A DNA stretch of 64,000 nt from Marinicella sp. (GCA_965230295.1 OZ246001.1:288001-352000); one strand, 5' to 3'; positions 40,384 through 50,443 are shown, numbered from the stretch's first letter. Notes: generated by a model from the sequence alone, not told the origin. Program-made: numbers and translations.

Positions 40384-41690
40384 CAGGCATCACTCCTGTT
40401 GGTTTTACTTTGTGCGGCAGTCCGTTGTGAACGAATGAATGATAATTTTTGTCCGATTTTCTGTTCCAGGCCGCTGTCTGCCGGATGGTAATAGGCTTGT
40501 TCGCCCATCTTTTCAGGAAAACCGGTTTGGCTGTATGCAACCCCACCTGACGAATCATGATCATATTGGTAACCTGCACCATAACCGGATTCTTTCATTA
40601 GTTTGGTCGGGGCATTGCGCAAATGCATAGGTACTGGCAAAGTTCCATATTTCGACACGTCAGCCTGGGCCATTTTAAATGCGGTATACACGGCATTTGA
40701 TTTAGGACAACTGGCCAAATAAGCCACAGCTTGTGCCAAAGCCAAATCACCTTCCGGAGGTCCCAGTCGTTCATAACTTTGCCAAGCATCCAGACACATG
40801 GATATGGCACGGGGGTCTGCGTTACCGATGTCTTCACTGGCCATGCGCAAGATCCTGCGGGCCAAGTAAAACGGATCACAACCACCATCTAACATCCGCG
40901 CTAACCAATACAAGGCAGCATCAGGGTTGCTGCTCCTGACACACTTGTGCAAAGCTGAAATTTGTTCATAAAATTCATCACCGGCTTTATCGAAACGCCT
41001 GGCTTGACCTGAGGTTACCAAACCTATGTGCTGCTCATTGACCACACCTTCAGTCACATAGTCTTGTAGTATTTCCAATAAGCCCAGGAGTTTGCGACCA
41101 TCACCATCAGCAGCTCTGACCAAGGTCATTTGCTGCTCATCAGTCATTTCCAATGGACACGCGGCTGCGGCTATACTCTGTTGCAAGAGCTGCAGCAAAT
41201 CTTCATCAGCCAAACTGTTGAGGATGTATACCTTCAAGCGCGACAACAACGCATTGTTCAATGCAAATGACGGGTTCTCAGTAGTGGCACCTATCAAGGT
41301 GATCAAACCACTTTCTAAATGAGGTAAGAAGGCATCTTGTTGAGATTTATTGAACCGGTGTATCTCATCAACAAACAGCAAAGTGCTTTGTGGCAAGGCT
41401 TGTTTGGCTTGCTCAATGGCACTGCGGATGTCTTTGACACCAGACAAGACCGCAGATAAATTAATCAGGTTGGTATCCATGGCCTGGCTGATGATTCTGG
41501 CCAAGGTGGTTTTACCAGTTCCCGGAGGTCCCCAAAATACCATGGAGTGTAAGGTTTGATTTTCCAACATCCGCGCCAAAGGCTTACCACCGGCCACCAG
41601 ATGTTGTTGGCCCACCACTTCAGCCAATGTTTTTGGCCGCAACAAGTCAGCCAACGGTTGGTGCTTCATACCCGCAGTCAAATCATTCAT
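40383..41690 (-). CDS. rarA: replication-associated recombination protein A
   Basis: PLADLLRP, WGPPGTGKTT, DEIHRFNKSQQD and SEDIGNADP. Confidence 0.96.
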   Translation of the reverse strand: MNDLTAGMKHQPLADLLRPKTLAEVVGQQHLVAGGKPLARMLENQTLHSMVFWGPPGTGKTTLARIISQAMDTNLINLSAVLSGVKDIRSAIEQAKQALPQSTLLFVDEIHRFNKSQQDAFLPHLESGLITLIGATTENPSFALNNALLSRLKVYILNSLADEDLLQLLQQSIAAAACPLEMTDEQQMTLVRAADGDGRKLLGLLEILQDYVTEGVVNEQHIGLVTSGQARRFDKAGDEFYEQISALHKCVRSSNPDAALYWLARMLDGGCDPFYLARRILRMASEDIGNADPRAISMCLDAWQSYERLGPPEGDLALAQAVAYLASCPKSNAVYTAFKMAQADVSKYGTLPVPMHLRNAPTKLMKESGYGAGYQYDHDSSGGVAYSQTGFPEKMGEQAYYHPADSGLEQKIGQKLSFIRSQRTAAQSKTNRSDA

Positions 41691-42352
41691 TCATCAATGG
41701 CTTTGATGACATCAACACCTTCAGGCGGAACAAATTGAAACATGGCAGCCTCAAGTTCCGGATTCTTGTTAATCTCAGTAAACTCAAATACCATGGTTTG
41801 ACCAAAATTATTGTGAACTTTGATTTGTGTGATGACATCCTGTTTAACCGCCAACCACACCGACTTGACTTCTTCATTGCGCACTTTAGGCGTCAAACTG
41901 ACCCAATCGATGCCTTCTTTGAAGGCTTCATGTTTGATGTCATAATGCTGTTGGGATTTTTCATCATTGATGATGACATAAATGGGGTTGAGCTCATTGT
42001 CTTGTGTCTTGACCGTCACCTGTTCAAGGTCTTCATCATAGACCCACACATTTTCACCATCTGCCACGATCAATTGTTCTATCGGGTCTTTGTAGTGCCA
42101 GCGGAATTTGTCTGGTGATTGCATCCACACCATCCCTGCATTGGGATCAAGCTGTTCTTGATTTTCTGCCAGCTCATATTGGACAAAGGTTGCTTCCAAC
42201 CCGGTCAGATCTTTTCTGACCCCTGCCAGTAAAGCCAGTGGGTCAGTCTGTGATACTTCGACAGCTGCTACTTGGGGCTCTGCTTGTTCATTTTGTGCTG
42301 TTGTCAACATTGAGACACTGATCAACCACATCACCATAACAATTTTATTCAT
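41687..42352 (-). CDS. lolA: outer-membrane lipoprotein carrier protein
   Basis: PDKFRWHY..P.EQLIVADGENVWVYDEDLEQVT and FQFVPPEGVDVI. Confidence 0.93.
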   Translation of the reverse strand: MNKIVMVMWLISVSMLTTAQNEQAEPQVAAVEVSQTDPLALLAGVRKDLTGLEATFVQYELAENQEQLDPNAGMVWMQSPDKFRWHYKDPIEQLIVADGENVWVYDEDLEQVTVKTQDNELNPIYVIINDEKSQQHYDIKHEAFKEGIDWVSLTPKVRNEEVKSVWLAVKQDVITQIKVHNNFGQTMVFEFTEINKNPELEAAMFQFVPPEGVDVIKAIDE

Positions 42353-42453
42353 GGATTTAACCTGTTCAAAACAGTTATTTTACCCAAACAACCTGAACTA
42401 AAGCTAAATTATTTTTAACACACCGGGCTACCAGACGAAGTCTGGAAAATACA

Positions 42454-42481
42454 TTGACAAAAATGTGCAAAGCTTTAAACT
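42454..42481 (+). promoter_or_regulatory. sigma70-like promoter TTGACA-N16-TAAACT upstream of the adhesin
   Basis: Perfect -35 and plausible -10, ~90 nt upstream of ATG 42570. Confidence 0.4.
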
Positions 42482-42569
42482 TAATAAAAGGGTAATGAAG
42501 GCAGGCAAATCACTGTATTTTATGTCTTCTGAGAAAAATAAATACAAATAAAATTTTAAAGGGGTAAAA

Positions 42570-45500
42570 ATGGGCCGTCACATCACAGCAGCGTTCTGCT
42601 TTCTCTCATGCATTGCATTTTCTTCTGTTCAAGCGCAAGATCGTTACTATCATGTTTACATCGACAGTGACAATGAAACCACCACTGGGTGTGATGTCAA
42701 CATCCCGGATTTTGCCACCACACTTAATGGCATAGACTCAAGGGTCACCATCACCACCAACAGTGCTTTACCACCTGCCATTACCAACAGCAGTATACAC
42801 ACCTGTACGGGTGCCGCCTTTGATGCGGGTGTGCCCGTTAATGCGGCTGCATTGGGCTTCAACACGGGCTTCAACGGTTCTGATGTGTTTGAGACCAGTA
42901 TTGACCGAACTGATTTGCTTCACACTTCGCAACGCAGCCTGCGCGCTTATTTTGCCACCGACACTGCGGTTGCAGATGATGTGGTGCTGACCAACAGTGG
43001 CGGTGGTGCAATCCTGTTGGGATTCCCTTTTGCCATCCCTACTCTCAGTCTATTCGGTTTATTGCTGATTGCCATGCTGGTTTTACTGGCTTCAAGAAAA
43101 CAGCTCCACAAGCGAATCATGGTTTCTGTGGTATTGGTTGGCGTAGCGACAGTGGCGCTTGCCATGAGCATTGTGGTCGATGGTCAAACCAATGACTGGA
43201 TGAATATCGGGCCGGCTAACACCGATCCCGTTGGTGACACTTCTGCAGCAGGTAATTATGCAGATTTAACTGCCGTCTATTTGACTCAACAAAATGATGT
43301 CATTTTCTTCCGCATGGATGTATCCGATTTGGAAAACCAGGCACCCACAATCACCACAGCTGCAGCAGTCAGCGTGGTTGAAAACCAGACAGCAGTTATT
43401 GATGTCAATTCAACTGACCCAGAAGGCGATGTTGAAGGCGCTGGTTTAAGCTACACCATCACAGGTGCTGTTGATGATGCCCTGTTCACAATCAACCCCA
43501 ACACTGGAGTTCTGACTTTCCTGGTAGCGCCAGATTTCGAAAACCCAAGTGATGTGGGTGCAGACAATGTGTATAACGTGCAAGTCACAGTGACCGACTC
43601 TGGGGCCGCCACCGATGTACAAGACCTGGCTGTCACCGTCACCAATGATGTGGTGGATGACACTTCCGTGGCATTCCAAACAGCCAACAGCAACACCGTT
43701 GATGAAGGCACTGCATTGAATGTGGTTGTACAGCTAACTGCATCAGCACCACTGACAGCGGCGGTATCTATCGACGTAGTGGATGCTGGCGGTGGTTCTG
43801 CCACCAGTGGCTCTGATTACACCGCATTCGGCACACAAACGGTGACGTTCCCAATGGGCGCCACCAATGGCACAACACAGAATGTCATTTTGACTCCCAA
43901 TGATGATGTCAATGTAGAAAACAACGAAACTGTCAATCTACAACTGCAAAATATCAGTGGCCCGGCATTAATTGGCAGCCAAACGGCTCATGTGGTCAGT
44001 ATCACAGAAGATGATGTGGCAACAGTTGAATTTGATACCGCTGCCAGTGGCACAGTTGATGAAAACACTCCATTGGATATAACTGTACGATTAAACATTC
44101 CCAGTGGCGGGCAGTTAGATGTTGCCGTCAGTGCAGATGTGGTTGATGCAGGCACCGGAACCGCGACCAGTGGGGTTGATTACACCGCTTTTGGTACCCA
44201 AATGGTGACATTCCCAATTGGCTCAACCAACGCCAATACACAAAACACAACGCTAACGCCATTGGATGATCCTAATTCAAAAGGCAATGAAACAGTCGAT
44301 TTAGCTTTACAAAATTTAACCGGACCACCAGCGGCATCACTGGGTACTCAAACCACCCACACAGTCACCATTACTGATGATGAAGCCGCAGTATCATTCC
44401 AAGTTACCAGCAGCTCAACGGTAGATGAAGGCACTAACCTGAATGTGGCCGTGGTATTGAGCACACCAATTCCCTTAACGGCACCAGTTTCAGTGGATGT
44501 GATTGACGTTGGTGGTGGATCTGCCATCAGTGGCACAGATTTCATCGCCTTTGGCACCCAAACTGTGACTTTCCCATTGGGTTCAACCAATGGCACCATC
44601 CAAAATGCGGTGTTATCGCCGATTGATGACAACAATGTAGAAAACAATGAAACCGTGAATTTAGAGCTACAAAACCTGGTTGGTACTGGATCGATAGGCA
44701 CTCAAAACACACACACAGTGACCATCACAGAAGACGACACAGCCAGTGTGGCATTCCAAGCGGCCAGCAGTGCAACGGTCAATGAAGGTACGCCACTGAA
44801 TATCAGTGTATTATTGACCATCCCGAGTGGTGGCCAATTAGACATCGCAGTTTCTGCCGATGTGATCGATGCAGGTGGTGGATCAGCCACCAGTGGTGTT
44901 GATTACAATGTTTTTGGCACCCAAGCCATAACATTTCCTGTGGGTACTGGAAACGGTGCCACACAAACCTCAACTTTAACGCCCATCGATGATCCAAATT
45001 CAGAAGGCAATGAAACGGTCAATTTGGCGTTGCAGAATCTAGTTGGACCCATTTCGGCTTCCTTAGGAGCGCCAACCGCCCACACGGCCACGATCACCGA
45101 TGACGAAGCTTCTGTGGTGTTCCAAAATATTGCCAGCTCGACCATTGATGAAGGCACAGCTTTGAATATACCAGTGGTGTTATCAACCCCAATTCCATTG
45201 GGTGCACCTTTGTCTGTTGATGTGGTCGATGCCGGCGGTGGGTCAGCCACCAGTGCTGCAGATTACACGGCCATTGGCACACAAACCGTCACTTTCCCAA
45301 TGGGTTCTACCAATGGTGCCACGCAGAATGCCAATTTCAACCCCATCGATGACACCAATGTTGAAAACAATGAGACGGTCAATTTACAGTTACAAAATCT
45401 GGTTGGTTCAGGTTCGATTGGCACCCAATCCACACAAACCATCACCATCACTGAAAATGATACTGCCACGGTTGAATTCCAGGCTGCCAACAGCGCCACA

Positions 45501-48500
45501 GTAGATGAAAGCACTGCACTGAATATCAATGTGCTATTAAACATCCCCAGTGGTGGCCAGTTAGATGTTGCGATCACTCTGGATGCCATTGATGCCGGTG
45601 GTGGTTCTGCCACCAGTGGTGTAGATTACACCGCTTTTGGCACCCAAATGCTGACTTTCCCTGTTGGTTCAAACGATGGTGCGACACAAAACACCACACT
45701 CACCCCGCTTGATGATGTTGCTACCGAAGGTGACGAAACGGTTAATTTACAGTTGCAAAACCTGGCTGGGCCAATACTGGCTGGTTTGGGTGCACAGACC
45801 ACCCACACCGCCACCATCACTGATGATGACAACACCGCCCCAACGGCCAACCCGGACAGCTATGAAACAATTGGTAACACCGGGCTCAATGCCACTGCAG
45901 GTGCACCATCCACTCCGATACTGCACCCCCAGAATTTGATTTTCAACGACACCGACCCAGAATTGGATCCATTGGTGGTGTCTGAAGCCATGGGTGACTT
46001 GACAGCTCCATTCACAGGAACAGGTACTATGGGCGGTGATGTCGTGGTGCAAGCCAATGGTGATTTCACCTACTACCCACCAGTGGGTGTAACCGGCATT
46101 ACTGACACCTTTGATTACACCGTCAGTGATGGCAGCCTCACTTCATCAGCAACCGTATCAATCACCGTCACAGCCGATTTGGTTTATTATGTAGATAACA
46201 CCGCTGCAGCTGGTGGTACCGGTCGAGATGATGCTCGTTTTGACCAACTGTCAGATGTTCCGGCGGCAGCTGCCAACACCACTGTCTTTGTTTTCCAAGG
46301 TGCCGGTGATACCACAGGTGCCATCACCATGGGAGCCAACCAAGTCTTGATTGGTAATGGTGTCAATCTGGAATTCAATGTCAACAACACCTTACCCAAT
46401 CCAGATGTTTTGATTCCTGCTGCTGGTCGTCCAACATTAACCGGAACCTCAACTTTGGGCACCAACAACACCATCAGGGGCCTGAACATTGGTAACACGG
46501 GTGCTCAGACAGGCATCACAGGTAACAACTTTGGTACCGCCACCATCAACAATGTGGCCATCAACGGTACCGGAAAAGCCCTTGACTTAACCACCGGTAC
46601 AGCAGCAATGACTTTTGATTCAATTGCTTCAACCAACAGTGCTTCTGAGGGTGTTGACCTCAGTGAAGTGAGTGGTAATTTCACAGTTACGGGACTGACA
46701 AACATCACCAATCCAGCACAAATTGGGGTGAACATCCAAAATTCCAATTTGATCTATACTTTTGGCGACGTCACAGTGAACAACCGCAACAGTGCAGGTG
46801 TGTTCATCAATGCCTTCACTGGTGGAACTCAAACCGGTACATTCGGTAATGTGGTCATCAACAACCAAAACACCTCTCCTTCCACGGCCTTTGGCATCGA
46901 CAACACGGTTACTGGTGGTAGTATCATCAATGTGGCCAGCGTGGCCATCGACAACAATGGGTCTAACAGTTCAGCCATCGCCCTGTCTAACAACGATGGC
47001 GCCACCATCAACATCAATGGCGGCAGCGTACAAGGTGCAGCGGGTGCGGCTGTGAGTATATCCAGCAGTGCAGGCAATGCAACTTATGCAGGATCGATCA
47101 ACAACACAGCTGGACGTTCACTACAGGTGTTGAACAACACAGGTGGTGTGACCACCCTATCAGGAAACATCACTGATTCCGGGACTGGCATATTCGTAAA
47201 TAACAACACTGGATCCACCATCAACTTCTCAGGAACCATTGACTTAGACACCACCACCAATACCGCATTCACAGCAACTGGCGGTGGTACCGTAAATGCC
47301 ACTGGCAGTAGCAGCACCATCAACACCAGCAGTGGCATCGCAGTGGATGTGCAAAATACCACCATTGGAGCCAGTAACCTGACATTCCAAAGCATCTCTG
47401 CCGGGACTGGTGCAGGCACAGCAGGGGTTGGCATCAACTTGGTCAATACGGGAAATGCAGGTGGTTTGGCTGTTACAGGAGTGGCCTCCAACGCCAGTTC
47501 TGGCGGTGTCATTCAAAATAAAAATGGCGCCAATGGCAGCACCGCTGGAGGCATTGGTATTCACCTGAACAACACCAGTAACGTTTCACTGAGAAACATG
47601 CAATTGGGCGGCTTTGATAATTTCGCCATACGTGGCACCACAGTGACCAACTTCACCATGATCGATTCTGTGGTCAATGCCAACAGCGGTAATTCAGCAG
47701 CCGATGATGAAGGCGCCATCAGTTTCACCAACCTGTTGGGTACGTCAGTCTTTTCAGGCAACAATGTGGCTGGTGGTTTTGAGGACCAAATCAAAATAAC
47801 CAATACCACAGGAACCTCCAGCATCACCGTTAATGACAGCGCCAATGATGCAGCTGTGATTGGCCTGGATGCCAACCCGGCAGGTACCAATGGCAATGAT
47901 GGCATCTTGGTCGAAAGCCAGATGGCTGCACAAATTAATTTAACCGTAGATGGTGTTGAATTCTTGGGCGCCCGTGGTGACATGATACAAACCAATGCAT
48001 TGAATACATCAAACTTCACGACTTTGATTCAAAACAACAGTTTCAATAACAGCCACCCTAACATTGTACCTGGCGGTGGCGGCATCACCTTATCCGGTGG
48101 TGGGGCGGGTGCCAACATCACCAAAGGCTATGATGTGTTGAATTCCAATTTCACCGGGGCTGTGGGCAATGCCACCACAGTTAATTTTGTTTCAGGTGCT
48201 GGTACCGTCAGTGGCGAAGTCACTAACAACATGGTCGGCACCAATGGTGTACCAGCCTCTGGCTCCACAACTGCCAGCGGGATTTCGATTGGTGCCTCAG
48301 CCAATGTACAACACAACACCACCATTGATAATAATCAGGTCAGGGGTGTCAGTGGTTTTGCCGGCATTGAAACCGTAGCCAATACCGATGTCAACTTCAA
48401 TGCCACCATCATCAATAATGTGGTTGAACAACTGGCAGGAAATGTACTCGGTGCCATGTACAACCTGGTTGGCGGAGCAGGCACTGAAACGGGTACTGCT

Positions 48501-48797
48501 TGCTTAGATGTAAGAAGTAATACTTTTGATGCCAGTGCTGCCCCATTTGCGGGCCACGCCGTATTAAAAGATCAGATCAGTGCTACTGCCAACTTCAATT
48601 TGCCAGGTTATACCGGATCGCCTAACGGCGAATTTGCCTTTGCTTGTGCAACTGGCACTGCCGGTGTTAATGCTGGGGCCCATCATGCCGGAAATTTCAA
48701 TACCATGACCAATGGGCCCTTCCCGTTTATTGTTGGTGGTGTGGATGCCACCATTGTTTGTGGCATGACAGGCATAGGCACCAGCTGCCCGCAATAA
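42570..48797 (+). CDS. giant surface adhesin: signal peptide, internal IPTL sorting signal plus second signal, cadherin, 6x Calx-beta, Ig-like domain, beta-helix
   Basis: AIPTLSLFGLLLIAMLVLLASRKQLHKR at aa ~155-182; cadherin APDFENP.D...DNVYNVQV; Calx-beta SATSG.DY...NETV.L.L repeats; PTANPDSY...DTFDYTVSDG; N/G/T-rich solenoid C-terminal half. Confidence 0.88.
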   Translation: MGRHITAAFCFLSCIAFSSVQAQDRYYHVYIDSDNETTTGCDVNIPDFATTLNGIDSRVTITTNSALPPAITNSSIHTCTGAAFDAGVPVNAAALGFNTGFNGSDVFETSIDRTDLLHTSQRSLRAYFATDTAVADDVVLTNSGGGAILLGFPFAIPTLSLFGLLLIAMLVLLASRKQLHKRIMVSVVLVGVATVALAMSIVVDGQTNDWMNIGPANTDPVGDTSAAGNYADLTAVYLTQQNDVIFFRMDVSDLENQAPTITTAAAVSVVENQTAVIDVNSTDPEGDVEGAGLSYTITGAVDDALFTINPNTGVLTFLVAPDFENPSDVGADNVYNVQVTVTDSGAATDVQDLAVTVTNDVVDDTSVAFQTANSNTVDEGTALNVVVQLTASAPLTAAVSIDVVDAGGGSATSGSDYTAFGTQTVTFPMGATNGTTQNVILTPNDDVNVENNETVNLQLQNISGPALIGSQTAHVVSITEDDVATVEFDTAASGTVDENTPLDITVRLNIPSGGQLDVAVSADVVDAGTGTATSGVDYTAFGTQMVTFPIGSTNANTQNTTLTPLDDPNSKGNETVDLALQNLTGPPAASLGTQTTHTVTITDDEAAVSFQVTSSSTVDEGTNLNVAVVLSTPIPLTAPVSVDVIDVGGGSAISGTDFIAFGTQTVTFPLGSTNGTIQNAVLSPIDDNNVENNETVNLELQNLVGTGSIGTQNTHTVTITEDDTASVAFQAASSATVNEGTPLNISVLLTIPSGGQLDIAVSADVIDAGGGSATSGVDYNVFGTQAITFPVGTGNGATQTSTLTPIDDPNSEGNETVNLALQNLVGPISASLGAPTAHTATITDDEASVVFQNIASSTIDEGTALNIPVVLSTPIPLGAPLSVDVVDAGGGSATSAADYTAIGTQTVTFPMGSTNGATQNANFNPIDDTNVENNETVNLQLQNLVGSGSIGTQSTQTITITENDTATVEFQAANSATVDESTALNINVLLNIPSGGQLDVAITLDAIDAGGGSATSGVDYTAFGTQMLTFPVGSNDGATQNTTLTPLDDVATEGDETVNLQLQNLAGPILAGLGAQTTHTATITDDDNTAPTANPDSYETIGNTGLNATAGAPSTPILHPQNLIFNDTDPELDPLVVSEAMGDLTAPFTGTGTMGGDVVVQANGDFTYYPPVGVTGITDTFDYTVSDGSLTSSATVSITVTADLVYYVDNTAAAGGTGRDDARFDQLSDVPAAAANTTVFVFQGAGDTTGAITMGANQVLIGNGVNLEFNVNNTLPNPDVLIPAAGRPTLTGTSTLGTNNTIRGLNIGNTGAQTGITGNNFGTATINNVAINGTGKALDLTTGTAAMTFDSIASTNSASEGVDLSEVSGNFTVTGLTNITNPAQIGVNIQNSNLIYTFGDVTVNNRNSAGVFINAFTGGTQTGTFGNVVINNQNTSPSTAFGIDNTVTGGSIINVASVAIDNNGSNSSAIALSNNDGATININGGSVQGAAGAAVSISSSAGNATYAGSINNTAGRSLQVLNNTGGVTTLSGNITDSGTGIFVNNNTGSTINFSGTIDLDTTTNTAFTATGGGTVNATGSSSTINTSSGIAVDVQNTTIGASNLTFQSISAGTGAGTAGVGINLVNTGNAGGLAVTGVASNASSGGVIQNKNGANGSTAGGIGIHLNNTSNVSLRNMQLGGFDNFAIRGTTVTNFTMIDSVVNANSGNSAADDEGAISFTNLLGTSVFSGNNVAGGFEDQIKITNTTGTSSITVNDSANDAAVIGLDANPAGTNGNDGILVESQMAAQINLTVDGVEFLGARGDMIQTNALNTSNFTTLIQNNSFNNSHPNIVPGGGGITLSGGGAGANITKGYDVLNSNFTGAVGNATTVNFVSGAGTVSGEVTNNMVGTNGVPASGSTTASGISIGASANVQHNTTIDNNQVRGVSGFAGIETVANTDVNFNATIINNVVEQLAGNVLGAMYNLVGGAGTETGTACLDVRSNTFDASAAPFAGHAVLKDQISATANFNLPGYTGSPNGEFAFACATGTAGVNAGAHHAGNFNTMTNGPFPFIVGGVDATIVCGMTGIGTSCPQ
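43662..45830 (+). repeat. intragenic tandem repeat: three A-B pairs of Calx-beta domains, 723-bp period
   Basis: Conserved Phe codons at 43674, 44031, 44397, 44754, 45120 and 45477 (alternating 357/366 nt). Confidence 0.9.
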
Positions 48798-48871
48798 ACA
48801 CAATAATATTGTGAAGCTGCATATGTTTTTGTTGTATAATAAAGTAGATATATTTTAAAGGGGGATATCAA

Positions 48872-49378
48872 ATGTCAGAACCATTTTTGGCCGAAATCAG
48901 GATGATGGGCTTTAATTTCGCACCCAGAGGATGGGCACTTTGTGATGGACAAATCTTGCCCATCAACCAAAACCAGTCGCTGTATTCGTTGTTGGGAACC
49001 ACCTATGGTGGTGATGGCCGCACTTCATTCGCATTGCCTGAGTTGCGTGGCCGCACACCTATCCATGTAGGACAAGACGGTGGGAGCAGTTTTACCGAGG
49101 GTCAACAGGGCGGCGAGGAAGCCCATACACTGACCATCAGTGAAATACCACAACACAAGCATGACGTACACACGTCAGCCAATGATGGTAATGCACCGAT
49201 TCCTGTAGACAATACCTTGGGTGGCTTTAACAACGGTTATAACAGTGGCAGCAACCTGCTTAACATGACCAATGAAGTGGCCAATGCTGGCGGCGGCCAA
49301 GCTCATAACAACATGCAACCTACCTTGGCGGTGAATTTTTGTATCGCCCTACAAGGTTTGTTCCCACCAAGAAACTAG
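48872..49378 (+). CDS. phage tail collar domain protein (microcystin-dependent protein-like), copy 1
   Basis: EIRMMGFNFAPRGWALCDGQIL...LYSLLGTTYGGDG..FALPELRGR; HKH; AHNNMQP. Confidence 0.9.
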   Translation: MSEPFLAEIRMMGFNFAPRGWALCDGQILPINQNQSLYSLLGTTYGGDGRTSFALPELRGRTPIHVGQDGGSSFTEGQQGGEEAHTLTISEIPQHKHDVHTSANDGNAPIPVDNTLGGFNNGYNSGSNLLNMTNEVANAGGGQAHNNMQPTLAVNFCIALQGLFPPRN

Positions 49379-49387
49379 GAGGTCATC

Positions 49388-49906
49388 ATGTCAGAACCAT
49401 TTGTAGGCGAAATCAGAATGTTTGCCGGGAACTTTGCCCCTCGTGGCTGGGCTTTTTGTGATGGGCAATTACTTGCTGTGTCGCAGAATGACGCTTTATT
49501 TTCACTGTTGGGTACCATCTATGGCGGTGATGGCCGAACCACTTTTGGCTTACCGGATATGCGAGGTCGCATTCCCAACCATGCAGGAACTGGCCCTGGC
49601 CTTTCACCCAGACCACTTGGACAAAAAACGGGCAGTGAAAATGAAACTTTAACCGTTAATCAACTGCCATCACACAATCATGACATGTCGGTATCGACAG
49701 ATGCAGGTACTCAGAGCACCAGCAACGGGCAATATTTGGCCTCATCGCCGAATGTGCGTATTTTCAGACCAGCCGGTCCCAACAGTTCACTGTTGAATAC
49801 ATCAGTGACTAACTTTGGAGGCAGCGGTTCACACGCCAACGTGATGCCATTTTTGTGTGTGAATTTTATCATCGCATTGGTTGGAATTTATCCAAGTCGC
49901 ACCTAA
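49388..49906 (+). CDS. phage tail collar domain protein, copy 2
   Basis: GEIRMFAGNFAPRGWAFCDGQLL...YGGDGRTTFGLPDMRGR; HNH; RBS GGAGG. Confidence 0.9.
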   Translation: MSEPFVGEIRMFAGNFAPRGWAFCDGQLLAVSQNDALFSLLGTIYGGDGRTTFGLPDMRGRIPNHAGTGPGLSPRPLGQKTGSENETLTVNQLPSHNHDMSVSTDAGTQSTSNGQYLASSPNVRIFRPAGPNSSLLNTSVTNFGGSGSHANVMPFLCVNFIIALVGIYPSRT

Positions 49907-49916
49907 GGAGCTTATC

Positions 49917-50441
49917 ATGTCAGAACCATTTATTGCAGAAATCAGAATATTCGCAGGTAACTTTGCTCCCAGGAGCTGGGCCTTTTGTAATGGCCAATTG
50001 TTACCTATTGCACAAAACACCGCATTGTTTTCTTTGATCGGCACCACATATGGTGGTGATGGAAGAACCACCACTGCCTTACCTAACTTACAAGGCCGTG
50101 CACCCATGCACCCTGGCCGTGGGCCAGGACTCACAGATCGACGACTGGGTCAAAAAGGTGGTACGGAAACCGTCACCCTTAACGATAATCAGATACCAAG
50201 TCATAACCACAACCTCAACACTTCTACATCACCAGGTACCTCTTTCAGTCCAACAGCGTCTGCTTATTTATCAAGAAGTGTGGGCGGCAATGCATATGAC
50301 AGTGGTGACAACTTGAGCAGTGAAATGAACACTGGCGCCTTACAAAACATGGGCGGCAGCCAGGCTCACAACAACATGCAACCTTTCTTGGCGATTAATT
50401 ACATCATCGCTCTGCAAGGATTGTATCCTTCCAGAGGTTAA
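49917..50441 (+). CDS. phage tail collar domain protein, copy 3
   Basis: Start MSEPFIAEIR after RBS AAGGAG; YGGDGRTTTALPNLQGR; HNH; AHNNMQP. Confidence 0.9.
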   Translation: MSEPFIAEIRIFAGNFAPRSWAFCNGQLLPIAQNTALFSLIGTTYGGDGRTTTALPNLQGRAPMHPGRGPGLTDRRLGQKGGTETVTLNDNQIPSHNHNLNTSTSPGTSFSPTASAYLSRSVGGNAYDSGDNLSSEMNTGALQNMGGSQAHNNMQPFLAINYIIALQGLYPSRG

Positions 50442-50443
50442 TC

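Noticed and set aside
43662-45830. CRISPR-like or mobile repeat array
   Set aside because: The repeats are in-frame 119/122-aa protein domains, with no short repeat-spacer structure. No CRISPR array or cas gene was seen in the window.
42656-48871. Many antisense ORFs within the adhesin (and within other long genes)
   Set aside because: Shadow ORFs caused by codon bias and repeats; no independent motifs or RBSs.
48872-50441. Prophage, tailocin or eCIS suggested by 'phage tail' proteins
   Set aside because: No structural, lysis, replication or integrase genes nearby; the context is an adhesin and a GNAT.
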